Below are positions 14,481 to 27,500 of a stretch of DNA of 64,000 nt, piece after piece. The stretch comes from Hydrurus foetidus. Taxonomy: Eukaryota. The DNA is taken from assembly GCA_900617105.1 (NCBI GenBank), contig UYFQ01000242.1, positions 1 to 64,000 of the forward strand, given 5' to 3'. A program made the position numbers and the translations under genes. The notes under the pieces were generated by a model. The model did no database searches, was not told the DNA's origin, and was given only the letters and a program-made list of their open reading frames with translations. Numbering within the stretch: position 1 is the stretch's first letter; every line of letters starts with the position of its first letter.

Positions 14481-17400
14481 AAGAGGTATCTCTGATACTG
14501 CCGTCTGCGTAAGTATTATTTCCTACGAAATAAATATGTGTGGCATTACTCATTTCAGTTTGTTTAGTGCATTTATAACAGAAGGTGTTGATAGAATTAC
14601 CTTTTGATGCAGATTTGTCCAGCAACTTATTTAATTGATAAGAAGGGTTGTCATCAATAACGAGATACCGATCAACTTTTGTGCTGGGTTGCTTATTCAA
14701 AGCACCTTTTACAGCTTTAACAGGTCGTCCAGCGCCTCTCTTCAATCCTATAGGTATGTGCATACTCAATGACTTAGGTAGTACATTTTTGGCTATTGAC
14801 ATTGCGATAGTATGCACGCATTCATACTGATCCAAGTAAAGTTGGCATGTGCACTTAAAGACTGTGAGACAGTGATGTTTTCTTTCGGCTTCGACCGGAC
14901 TAATCATTATAATATTTTTATTGTAGTATTGTCTTTCATCCCAGTCACTGAAAGTGTTTTTATTACTTTTATTAATCATATTAATGCGCTCTTTTTCGCT
15001 GTCACTGTTTTTGTCGTTATTTATCATGTATTGTTCTCTCAAAGAAGTAGGACGCATTTTTTTGAGTTCGCATGATTTTGCCATGGACTGTGCCGTATTC
15101 ATAACCTCAGAGGAAACACTCGGCTTTATTTGGTATTCCTTATAATTTACATCCCCTTCAGTTCTTGTTATCGATTCATTCCTGAGAAATAAGTGTGTGT
15201 ATTCTAAACACTCTGTACCGCTAACGAGTTCCCCTAAAAGCACAATGCAACAAAATGAGTTGATAAAATGAATCACAATTGAATTAAGAGCCTGAAACAA
15301 TGTCGAGGTTACCTTTAAGATTAGATTTGAAAATTCGGTTCGTAACTTCGAGTCCATTGTTAGTTGTGACGGTACCAGGTACGAGCCCTGAATGCCACCC
15401 TCGGTTCCGATTTGTTAACCAAACTTTTTCAAAGTGCGATGTCGCAGAAATGATATTTAAATCATTGTGACTTCTGTATTTCTCTAAAAACAACAGTACC
15501 GATGAATCAAAATGTTTCAGATCATATGATTTAGACAACGATCTTAAATCGCTTAAAAAGATGCCTTTGGATTTTTCATCGGAGTAATGACGCTCCTTCA
15601 TGCTTTTCATCATATGAAAGTAACACATTCCATTTATGATATTTGGAAATGATACTGATATGCCATTATAAATTGCTTGTGCAGCATCGCTCATCAATTT
15701 TATTGGCATGAAGTTTGGTACAAATTTCACCAAGCACTTTCCTGTTGTTCGTTGTGTATTGCAAAATATTAATCAGGAGCATGCATGATCACTTACTGAA
15801 CAGTAAAAGCGCTTCACTTACCGAGAAACTCAAACATTGTGCTATCCTCATTCGTACTAATGGCGATAGCCATAGGGTGAAAAACGCGATTTGCATCGGA
15901 AACACCTTCGTCATAAAATATTGGAGTTTAAATTGTATTCATATGTTAAGAGACCAAAAATGCAATGTTCACTTACCAACGATCAGTACGACAAATCCAT
16001 GTATGTTAGTTTTATAAGTGCCATCTGCCTGAAGACACTTACGATAATCCAGACCAGATTCTAAGTCAGCCCCATGATGCAAGAGTCGATAAGTCGATAA
16101 GACTGCGATAAACCTAGGCCTCATAGCATCCGTTATATCCTAGACAGATATTTCGTATGTGATCAAGTTACTTTTGAAAATGAGAATGTAAAAAGTATTT
16201 TTAGAAATAACCAACCAATGTGAAGTCAAGCACGAATGGTGTGTTGAATGATTCCTCATCGTCAACACTGACACTTAACGAGCTGTGACTTTCACACCAC
16301 GATTCCAAATGATGTGGAGTGGGATTGTATATTGACCCATTTTTTTTTTGAAAGTCTGGATGTAATTATTTAATTTTCGGACTTGCGGATCTGGAGGAAA
16401 AGCATCAATTTCAGATTTGGTTAATAACCTAGATCTCTTGCTTCGGAATAGCTCTATTATATTTCTGGATGACTTCATTTTCAAAGTAAAAGCTTCTTCT
16501 ACAATAGCTTTTTGAGAGCCACTCAAACCGCGTTTATTCTTGCCGGTCACTTCATTACTGTGGATATGAATGCCACTAAAATATAAAATAAAAGGTCCAT
16601 TGAATGAGCTTTGCTTGTACTTTTGCTTATATTTGCAGCCTGCGCTTCTACACACATAAGTGTGAGAATTGTTTTGAGTTCGCATGATTTTGCCATGGAC
16701 TGTGCCGTATTCATAACCTCAGAGGAAACACTCGGCTTTATTTGGTATTCCTTATAATTTACATCCCCTTCAGTTCTTGTTATCGATTCATTCCTGAGAA
16801 ATAAGTGTGTGTATTCTAAACACTCTGTACCGCTAACGAGTTCCCCTAAAAGCACAATGCAACAAAATGAGTTGATAAAATGAATCACAATTGAATTAAG
16901 AGCCTGAAACAATGTCGAGGTTACCTTTAAGATTAGATTTGAAAATTCGGTTCGTAACTTCGAGTCCATTGTTAGTTGTGACGGTACCAGGTACGAGCCC
17001 TGAATGCCACCCTCGGTTCCGATTTGTTAACCAAACTTTTTCAAAGTGCGATGTCGCAGAAATGATATTTAAATCATTGTGACTTCTGTATTTCTCTAAA
17101 AACAACAGTACCGATGAATCAAAATGTTTCAGATCATATGATTTAGACAACGATCTTAAATCGCTTAAAAAGATGCCTTTGGATTTTTCATCGGAGTAAT
17201 GACGCTCCTTCATGCTTTTCATCATATGAAAGTAACACATTCCATTTATGATATTTGGAAATGATACTGATATGCCATTATAAATTGCTTGTGCAGCATC
17301 GCTCATCAATTTTATTGGCATGAAGTTTGGTACAAATTTCACCAAGCACTTTCCTGTTGTTCGTTGTGTATTGCAAAATATTAATCAGGAGCATGCATGA

Positions 17401-18582
17401 TCACTTACTGAACAGCAAAAGCGCTTCACTTACCGAGAAACTCAAACATTGTGCTATCCTCATTCGTACTAATGGCGATAGCCATAGGGTGAAAAACGCG
17501 ATTTGCATCGGAAACACCTTCGTCATAAAATATTGGAGTTTAAATTGTATTCATATGTTAAGAGACCAAAAATGCAATGTTCACTTACCAACGATCAGTG
17601 CGACAAATCCATGTATGTTAGTTTTATAAGTGCCATCTGCCTGAAGACACTTACGATAATCCAGACCAGATTCTAAGTCAGCCCCATGATGCAAGAGTCG
17701 ATAAGTCGATAAGACTGCGATAAACCTAGGCCTCATAGCATCCGTTATATCCTAGACAGATATTTCGTATGTGATCAAGTTACTTTTGAAAATGAGAATG
17801 TAAAAAGTATTTTTAGAAATAACCAACCAATGTGAAGTCAAGCACGAATGGTGTGTTGAATGATTCCTCATCGTCAACACTGACACTTAACGAGCTGTGA
17901 CTTTCACACCACGATTCCAAATGATGTGGAGTGGGATTGTATATTGACCCATTTTTTTTTTGAAAGTCTGGATGTAATTATTTAATTTTCGGACTTGCGG
18001 ATCTGGAGGAAAAGCATCAATTTCAGATTTGGTTAATAACCTAGATCTCTTGCTTCGGAATAGCTCTATTATATTTCTGGATGACTTCATTTTCAAAGTA
18101 AAAGCTTCTTCTACAATAGCTTTTTGAGAGCCACTCAAACCGCGTTTATTTGTGCCGGTCACTTCATTACTGTGGATATGAATGCCACTAAAATATAAAA
18201 TAAAAGGTCCATTGAATGAGCTTTGCTTGTACTTTTGCTTATATTTGCAGCCTGCGCTTCTACACACATAAGTGTGAGAATTGTGGGTTGATGCACCCAG
18301 TTTCGATAAATTTGATGCTTTCGCGTCCACTTTCACTGCCTCTACAGTTAAAATTGATTCTGTAGACTCTGGAGAGATACTCCAAGAAACACCTTTGCCA
18401 CGATACACCTTCTTAGCCACATGAGGATACTCCTCATCATCTTCATCATCATCATCATTATTATCATCATCATCATCGTTATAATCATCATCTTCAGTAT
18501 TATTATCATCGTCGGTAGACTCAGGTGAAGCTGGCTCAGATGTGTCAACATCCTTGAAACCTGTCTCGTCATCGAGATCCAT
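14269..18582 (-). pseudogene. Spliced MULE transposase, disrupted as assembled
   Basis: Motifs in order: acidic N-terminus, C-x3-C...HxH zinc finger (YVCRSAGC...HIH), first catalytic D in ADGTYK, second D in LMSDAAQA, CYFH (CxxH), E in TTNNGLE, SWIM finger CTC-x8-CVH and KRGAGRP. About four GT-AG introns join these exons in frame. Disrupted by an A10-run frameshift and by the 1612-bp duplication. Confidence 0.88.
15060..18283. repeat. 1612-bp direct tandem duplication inside the MULE
   Basis: Units 15060-16671 and 16672-18283; the ORF pairs are offset by exactly 1612. Only about four substitutions seen by eye. Confidence 0.95.
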
Positions 18583-18917
18583 GAGATTCGATCGAAAGGT
18601 CGACAAGATTTGTTATACTATTTGATCATATACACAGTAGTTAGATAAGACTACAGCAAAGTTTGATCAATAATTCGGACATAATTTTAATATTACGTTA
18701 CATTTTCATGTCTGAAAGTTGCCTTATAAGTGTCTTCCGTTGTAATGAATTGCTCTTATTCCGTCAATTTTGAGGTATTTTACAGAAAATTTTTGATCCC
18801 GATTTTCATGGGATTTTATTTGATCGAATAACGGCAAACTTGAAAAGAATAACGGCAATTTTTTTATCCTGAAAATGACTTATTGAATTTGATAGAAAAA
18901 TCAGTCGAATTGGTATA

Positions 18918-19370
18918 CCGTCGAGTGCCAATTCTTTTGCCATTTTCGATTTCCGGTTTTCGGAATTTCGGGGATTTTTGGCTGTTTTCCAACAATTTCG
19001 CGACAACTAGAGAAGTGGAGACCCCGATGAGATGTGTCAGGTGTTGCTTGAAGTTGTCTGCATCTTTCGATATATGATGGTCATACACCTACGAGGAGCA
19101 GATCGGCTGCAAATCGCGACCCAAAATGAACTTTCGGTCCCTTGCGATCGAAATTTCTCGATTTTGGGGAGCGCAGATTGAAAACTGAATAGGCAGTGTA
19201 ACTAAAATAACTATGCTCTTTCTGAATCCACTATCACATTTGTGTGAAATTCTATGTCCGAGGAGTTAGCAGTTCCCGTTAGCAATTATCGTGTCAAAAT
19301 TTCCGTGATTCTGACCGTTGTCAAAATCCTATTCTCACTTCAAAATGGCAAAAGAATAGGCACTCGACGG
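18918..19370. mobile_element. 453-bp MITE of Tc1/mariner type (29-bp TIRs, TA duplication)
   Basis: CCGTCGAGTGCCAATTCTTTTGCCATTTT (18918-18946) is inverted at 19342-19370 with one mismatch. TA lies on both sides (18916-17, 19371-72). No convincing coding capacity. Confidence 0.75.
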
Positions 19371-19583
19371 TAATCTAATAAATATATTCCCCTCCCTTTG
19401 CTCCTACAGTTCAACACTCATGATTGATTTCAAGATCTGATGATCGATCAATCTGCTGCAGTTATTTGTTAGGTACTTGTAACTTCTAGCACATACCTTG
19501 ACATCTCTGACAGCGCATAATGAGGAGAGACTCCTGGTGATTTGTCATAATCCTTGAAGTGGAAATCTTCCAGTCATTTTGCC

Positions 19584-20548
19584 ATGTGGAACAGCTTTAA
19601 ATTACTTCAATGCTTACTGTGGCTCTCCAATATTGAGTACTGCCTGACAGAGTTACTCTGCACAAGCAGCTTACGAAAGACTGCTTTTCAATCCCCTCCT
19701 ACCTTCCGCATTCCGCTACTTGGGGCTGAGGTAGATGTCTTGATGCAACGAAGAAATACGCGAATTGGTTCGATGTATCCAACGCATGACGACCTATACA
19801 ACGACAGGCTCGCAAAAAATGCATATTGTGGCAGGACTGATGTTGAAATAGCTATAAAAGCCATTCAGAGATTCACTTTGCAGCGTGAGTTACATTTCTC
19901 AGGCCGTTAGATATGCTTGATTTCTCAGGCCGTTTCTGATTGATTATGTCACTCCTCTTACCTTGGTGATGAAAAGTTGACAGGAGTGATGGCCGACCGG
20001 ATTTACCTTTGCCGCTTGTTGCGACGAAATTCAACGACTTTGTATCGGTATGCTTGAGGACTGATGGACCTGCCTGGACGGCAGCTATCGGGCCTCTCGA
20101 TTACTTGGGTATGAAGATGGCTTCATTCTGTGTGAAGCAGGAGAATTTGGAATCCAAGAAATCATCAACAATAGTTTTTGACAGTTCCAAGCTGTGCAAA
20201 GACATCGCAGTTCGCTTATTGGATCTTTCTGACTCCGCAATGATTGCCCTGCCTGTTGAGGATAGAGATGCATTCTGGAACCTTTGCTTCGTAATTACGC
20301 GGCTTGCAGTGAGGTGCATCTTATTCGAATCGGAACTAGAGGGCAGAGAAGAAGCGAAGGATAACAATGTGTCACTTCACGTCAAGTACGGTGACGTGTC
20401 AGAGAGCAATCTGCGACCACCTTCTTATGTGCTGGAGTCTGTCTTATCGCTGGACATGTGCGTCAACTACTCGGTCGACACCAATGAAAAGTGTTTTGTT
20501 GTCTCTGGTGAAGAGGTTGCAAAGTGGAAAGGCAGAAACCAGCTTTAA
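19584..20548 (+). CDS. Hypothetical protein, two exons, possible N-terminal signal or targeting peptide
   Basis: ORFs 19554-19910 and 20009-20548 can be joined in frame by a GTGAGT...AAAG intron (~19886-19976). Protein-like composition; no domain recognised. Confidence 0.55.
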
Positions 20549-21592
20549 CAGCACTTGGTCCTGTATCACCTCCTATAATCGACTCAAATTGATACGATTT
20601 TACGACTGATATTGCTTTATTTCTGTGGCCTATTTTGGTGATTGTTTTCTATCAGTCATGATGTGAGATCATGCAAAAACTTCGCAGTCTATTGCGTCAC
20701 TGCATAGATTCAGTAAAATCCCAACCGGAGTTTTCTCACTTGAATTCAACTGTCTTCGAATGAGCCCCCTCATGATCCATTTCACGTTAGAGAGTGATTG
20801 GCAGGGCATCCCTGGCTCAATAAGAATTCTACAGCTCTTTCTCTATCTATCTATCACTCTCTCCCTTTCTCTATCTATCTCTATCTCTGTCCCTCTCAGT
20901 GCCTTTTGTACCAATTGCAGGCTCTGTAAAAAAAACCGCTCTCTGTTCAGTGCTAATATACAGCTGTATTGTACAGTACTGTTCTGTACTGAACTGTAAG
21001 ATCTTTGAAGACGATCATGATAGTGCAGTCGTGGGAATTCTGAAACGATTTGAATTATGCGACAAAGGAATCGACTGTTGTTATCTGCAAATAACATCAG
21101 CAACAGCCCCTAATTTCCCACAGAATGATTCGTAAAAGTTTGATTGCGATCGACGAAGTATTTTGGATTTCGTTGAGAAGTACACGTTGAAATCGGACGA
21201 CAGACATCAAAATGAATCCGTTGGATCTCAATCATACAGAATACGGAGTTTTATCTTCTCTCTCTCTCGTCGCTCTCTCGGATGTTTCTTGTATCATCCA
21301 ACCAGTAGTAGCATAACGGCTTCTCGTTCGTGGACAGTGCGGTCTGTCCTAACGATGTGTCAGCTCCTTAGCTAGTCAGGTGTCATAGTTTAAATCAGCT
21401 CCGACGGGATATCCGAAATTTCTGCCGGTCCAGCCGAAGTTGGGAACTTTAGATACGCAACTTTATCTTCCATCGATGCGAGTTTGGAGATTTTCTAAAT
21501 GGGTCTGTAACAGTGCAGCACTGCAGAGTTACAGCATGCAAAGATTGTGTTAATCACTCTTAAGAGACTCGTGAAAGCAAGACTGCTGTGGA

Positions 21593-24500
21593 ATGGAGGC
21601 GAATATTCGCTTGTTTCTAACAGTGTTCGCTTTATCTATTATCAGCTTTACGTTATCATGGAATCCTAACAGCATACCCGACAGCTCATACGATTACGTA
21701 TCGACCGTTTGGTCATCATCTCGCCAATGTGCGATGTCTGGTAATAATGATAATGGTGGGAACATCATCGCCAGTAGTGATGGCGGAGTCTCATGGAACA
21801 TAATATTCTCTGGTAACGACCAGCTAAGGGACATAGCGACAACAACATACTCGGGCACAACATACTTCATCTCTGTATCAACTGTGGGTAGTATAATACT
21901 TATCAAAAATGTGGCAGGCAACTACCTCAGGCAAACTGTTAGTGCGCTGTCAGGTAGTAGTCTTTACGGAGTCGGGATTTTCAACGACACAGCCTATGCT
22001 GTGGGTCAGAAGGGCTTCGGCTCTGGAATCGGAAGCGCTGTCTACAAATCAGTTGCAACCAGCAGGAAAATATTCACTGACTGGAAAGTGGTTACACTAC
22101 CTCCAGGACAACAGGTTACTTATTCTGCCGTGACAACATATGACGGCATAAACGTGATAGTCGCAGGATATACAGGAACAGTGCTACACTCATCTAATGG
22201 TGGTAAGCGCGACTCTGTCTTATAGTAATACGTGCATCGCAATTGTGCTTTATGTTGTATGTGAGTTTGATCAATTGTAAAAGACTGCTTCGTGGATTGT
22301 CAGTCCTGGTACTGTATGACTCTCGGACTAGATATCACCCACACAATTGCCATGGGCCCGAATAGAAAGAAAACTTAATTTGGTCCAATGATTTGTCACT
22401 TATATGAGTGCAGCATTAGTCTGTAGTGAATTTGATAGCTGCGCTGTCACATGTCATTTAAATATCATACTATATCCACATACTGCAACCAAGCAGCAGC
22501 TGCCGCTCATTTATGATGATAAGAAAAGAAAAGGGAGAAGCAGAGGAGAGAAATACCTACCCCCAAAGACTGTTTGTTGCTGAGATACCACACCCCTTCT
22601 GCACACGTCATTCTTATTCTTCATTTTTCCTACGTTATTTTGTATTTTTCATTTTTCTAGGGGTGAGTTGGTTAGTGGGAACTATCGCGACTAAAGCCAA
22701 TCTGCAGTGCTTATCCAGCGGGAGTTCTACTGTAGCGTACGTGGCAGGTGGGTGTACGCTGCTTGGATGTACTGAGAGAAATTTCGTTACTACGTTTCTA
22801 TCGGTGGTGTCTGTGATAAAATATTAGCGTTAATTTGTCTGTCAGTTTGCTCACTTGTTAGACAAAGTATCGTTTTTTTAAAGGAAAAGCATAGCGTCTC
22901 CCTGCTTCGGCTTGCTCTGTTCCATTCTGTTGCCGCTAGAAATGGACATGCTGATTCACCACTGCACTTATTGCTTCGTAGCCTGTAATTTCATATCCTT
23001 CTCATTCTCACCTTCAGTAAGCGCATAATAATGCACCCTACGCTCATCAAGTATGTGACACCTCTGAGAGTCACTACATTGTACTAGAAGTCGTTAGCCT
23101 ATGTAACTATTTTTATTACACTGTTGTGATTTTCAGAAATGAGAAATCTTTGATGTGCTCCAATTCTTCTCATCACTGATCTACCATCCTATTTTCTAAT
23201 CTCTACCCTAATTCCTTAAGGGGATTTTTCTGTTGTGATGCGTACGGATAATGGAGGAGCTACTTGGACTTCTCTCAGTGCATTCCTTCCTCCCACAGTA
23301 TCCAACACAAGCTCCTTCATCTTCCACGCCCTGTCTGCCCTGTCGCCTTCAGGTATGGCTACTGTATTCTATCATCGATACTGTCTAATGTGACATCTTG
23401 CATCTTCTGTCTTGTCCAGCATTGATACATACGCCATGATATCAGTCACCAGTTACTCTTCGTTTTTTTCACTTAACCTGCTCTATCTCACCACTCATTT
23501 TTCTCTTCCTCGTCTTCGGTACAGTGGTGTACATGTCATCTAGCGGTGGTCTCATTCTACATTCTGATACAAGCGGTAAGCATGTCCACGTTGGAGTCTA
23601 TTGATGGCACACTTTATTTCCCTCATCGATCGACCTTGCGTTTGTGTTGATCTTGAATGTTTCGTTCTTACATGTACTGCAGTGGAGAAGACTTAACATT
23701 GAAAGTCGCTTGATGCAATCTGTACCGAACTACCATCACTCATCCTGTCTTCCTCCCTCCATACTTTTACCGTACTCCTCCCATCTTCTCTTACCACCAA
23801 TCCAACCTTTTTCTCTGCTCATACTTTCTGTCTACTCACTTTATAACCCTTCTTCTTCGCCCTCTTTTCCTCTCTGATTCTCTTTGTCGTAGGAACTTCA
23901 TGGATCGTGGACCAGAACGTTCCTTCTGTTTCTTTCCTAAGCATAGGAATGTTCTCTGCTGCAGTGGGGGCAGCTGGGACTTCCAAGGATCCCTTTGTCT
24001 ACTCCACCGCTGTAGGTGAGAGAGAGACAGAGATGACAGATGCAGTGTTTAGAGGGATGGAGGGGACGACTTGATTGAGATCTGTTGTGAAGAAGTGTCT
24101 TGACCAATAGATTAAGTTGAGAGAGAGCGATGATGAGAAGCGGAAAGATGAACACTAGATTAAAGTACAGAACAGCAATGGCCAATGCACCTCTACTCAC
24201 TCTAAAACTTCATCCTATACCAATCGTCACAGCACCGACCGGTTCCCCAACCTCTTCACCCACTGTGAACCCTACAGCCAGTCCCTCTTTCCTTGTGTCT
24301 GCAAGCCCGTCCGTTGCGACGGTGAGTTCCTGTGTATCTGTCTTTTTTATCCACTTTAAGCGCTGCATTCTCTCTGCGTCTTACTGTGCTCCCTTGCTCT
24401 TCAATGGCTTCTATTTATTCTACTCATATCTGTTACTGTCTCTGTCCCTGTCACTGCTCCACCCCTTTTTCGTTTCCATCTTATCACGTCTCTGTTTTTC

Positions 24501-27500
24501 TTTTCTTCCTGTGTATGCTCTCACATCCCCTAGAAATCGTCATACATCAAAGTGACACGGTCTCTACTGCAATGTTCATCTCCTAATCTGATCTAGCATC
24601 TAAAATAAACAATTACATCTAATTTCAAATACGTGTCCTAGCCACTTGAATATCGACTAGCTGACATCTCGATATTCACCTTGCTTCTGTGCCTCATTTC
24701 CTCCCCCTTTCATCATATTCTCTCCCTGATCAATCTTGCAAATGATAAATGATAGATACTTCCCACCGGACAGCCGACAGGCTTGCCCACTGGTTATACA
24801 GTGACGGCACCTACTGCTTTCCTGAGTGTAAATACAGGTTATGGCATGTAACGTGGCTACGCGTGATTTCATTGATGTGACGTGATATGGTATGATGTGA
24901 TACGATTTCATGCGGTGTGAGGTGATTTTATCGGATGAGTTGTGACGTGATGCAAACTCAGATCACCTAGTAGTGTTACACTTCTGCTCTATTAATGCCT
25001 TTAGTGTAATCACTATACAGTCTAAAAGTGTTACACTTCTGTTCTGTTAATGCCTTTAGTGTAATCACTATACAGTCTAAAAGTGTTACACTTCTGTTCT
25101 GTTAATGCCTTTAGCGTAATCACTAAACAGTCTAAAAGCGCTACACTTCTGTTCTATTCCAGGTGACAAAGGGTACAACATGCGGTCAGCGGTTTGGTCA
25201 TCCTCACTGGACATCTTAGCTGTGGGCAAATACCGGTTGGAGAATATGGTACTTCGGTCTATCAATGGAGGATTGTCTTGGACCAGACCGCAGCTGGTGG
25301 GTGCTCTTAAGATTCATTGTAGAGGATTAGATGCTCCTTCTGGAGTCACGCGAGATCTAAGTATTGTTGAAATAACTGTTTCCACGCAGAATTTGTGTGT
25401 TCGAAATGTTTGTATCCTGTTTTACACTGTCCTATCATGTGGCTCTTGATGATATGTTGATACGCTTCTTTGAAGACGATATGTATTGGTGATTGGTGTA
25501 GCATTATTACGTAATACAGTGCGTATTACGGGTACCCTCAAGCTCGCAACTTTCATGAGAAGAATAGGGAAATCATGTGCCCATCTTGACATCATAATCA
25601 TCTTCAACATGATGCTCTACTATGTCACTCTCTCGACTCCCTACATTACTACACACTCTTATCCCTCATCCCCTTTCCCCTCATCTTCTCCTCACTCACC
25701 TTTACTTTCCTCCAGCCGTCATCACCCAATGTGAATCAGTTGTTGGATGTGGCCACTTACACATCAGGTGAGAGTCTGCACCTTGCATCTGTAAATTCCA
25801 GAATTTCCTACTCCATTACTGTTGTTGTTATTTTCTCCCTTCCATGGCGTCTTTTTGAATTAGCTTGATATCTGTCCTGTGGTGTGGTCTCAAAGTTGCA
25901 CGTATTGTATCATCCTTTGAAATCTTGTCAGTACTAACTCTTCCTCGTTATTCACATGAATGTCAATACTGTACATACGTGCGTCAGCTGCATCTGTGGT
26001 GTACGTCATCGCTGTCGCGTCCAGTGGGAGTGTGTTGCGTTCTAAAGACGGAGGAGCGACTTGGCTGACAATGGCCACTATCCCTTCCTCTCTTCAAGGT
26101 AACTAACTGCAGCCACCGTTATAGAGGAGAGAGATTATGCGGTATAGCTGGTTATTGCTACTGAAGCGAAGTACTGACGCGGACCTAATTCACATCACTA
26201 CCTTTTTTCTCCCTCATTTCACTGCCTTCTTTCCTGCCTCATTTCACTACCGTCTTCTCTTGCTCACTACCATCATTCCTGCCCTGCCTCTCTGCTCTAC
26301 CTAACCCCATTTCTGTAGCCCACTTCTCCATCTCCTCCTCTTGCTCACGTCCCTTCACCACATCCTGTTCTTCTTACTGTCAGGCGTGGCTATCGACAGT
26401 CTGGGCAATGTGTTCGTGGCCTCAATGTCTTCGAATATCACCGTGAGCAGAGCCATTCCAGCCTCAGACTACGCCACCTACACTCCCATCCTGTACAGAG
26501 GTATTCAAGTGTCGTCTGTGAAGGTCTATTCTTGTAATTTCCATCACTTATGACGGGTGGGGTGTATATGCTCCCTCCCTAATAGGTTAGGGTTAGGGTT
26601 AGGGTCCCTCCCCAGAATGCACACACATGTACTCTTACTACCACTTCACTTCTCAACACAGTTGTCACTCCATCATTCTCATCCGTCACAGCTGTCTTGC
26701 TATACGTTATAATCTTACCACGCTACGGCCATATTCTGCCTTTTGACTCATTTTTAACATTAAACATTCTGACCTCATCTCGCCTGTACACTGCATCTCA
26801 CTGCACTGTATTGTACTGTACTGCGCAGCACAATACAACTAAGCGGTACACAGCACTTCATGTCACTACACTGAATTATACTATACAGCACAACAATAGA
26901 CCATACTGTACTACATAGCATTGTACTGCTCTGCTCTGCTCAGCACTGACACCGTGTGACATGTTACACAACACTAAATTCACGTAGGGAGCTTTCGCGC
27001 CGTCGCTGCTAACGTGCTGAGCGGAACACTAGGCGGACACGTCATTGCTGTGGGTGACAATGGTACGGTACAGTATATACGTGCTATGTGTTTTCTGTAA
27101 CTAGGAATTTTTCGTTAGTGGTGTTCTGTGTCGGACATATTGGACTGTTAAGATAAGTACGTCATAGGCGCATTACAGCTTTGTATCGCATTGTTCAGTA
27201 CTGTTGATCTCATTTTTCTCATCTCATCTTGTTTCTTGAATCACATCCCCAACTCGTGCTACGCTATACTATGTCATGCAATGCTGTGCTGTGCTGTGCT
27301 GTGCTGTGCTGTGCTGTGCTGTGCAGTCTTATTGTCGAAGTCACAACTAAACAGGAATATTATATTTTCTTACTTCATAATAACCACTCCAAAAAACGTT
27401 TATCACGCTATAGTCGTCCCCAAGGAACTTTCTGTTTTGTTCAGATTTCCACGATACTAATATTCCGCATATTCTGCAGGTGTTATTTTCTACACCTTCA

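Larger units (their letters stand above)
13607..18606 (-). mobile_element. Mutator-like (MULE) DNA transposon; termini not resolved
   Basis: Contains a spliced MULE transposase and a protease-like tail. No TIR pair or TSD could be identified; the 3' side runs into the satellite. Confidence 0.85.
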
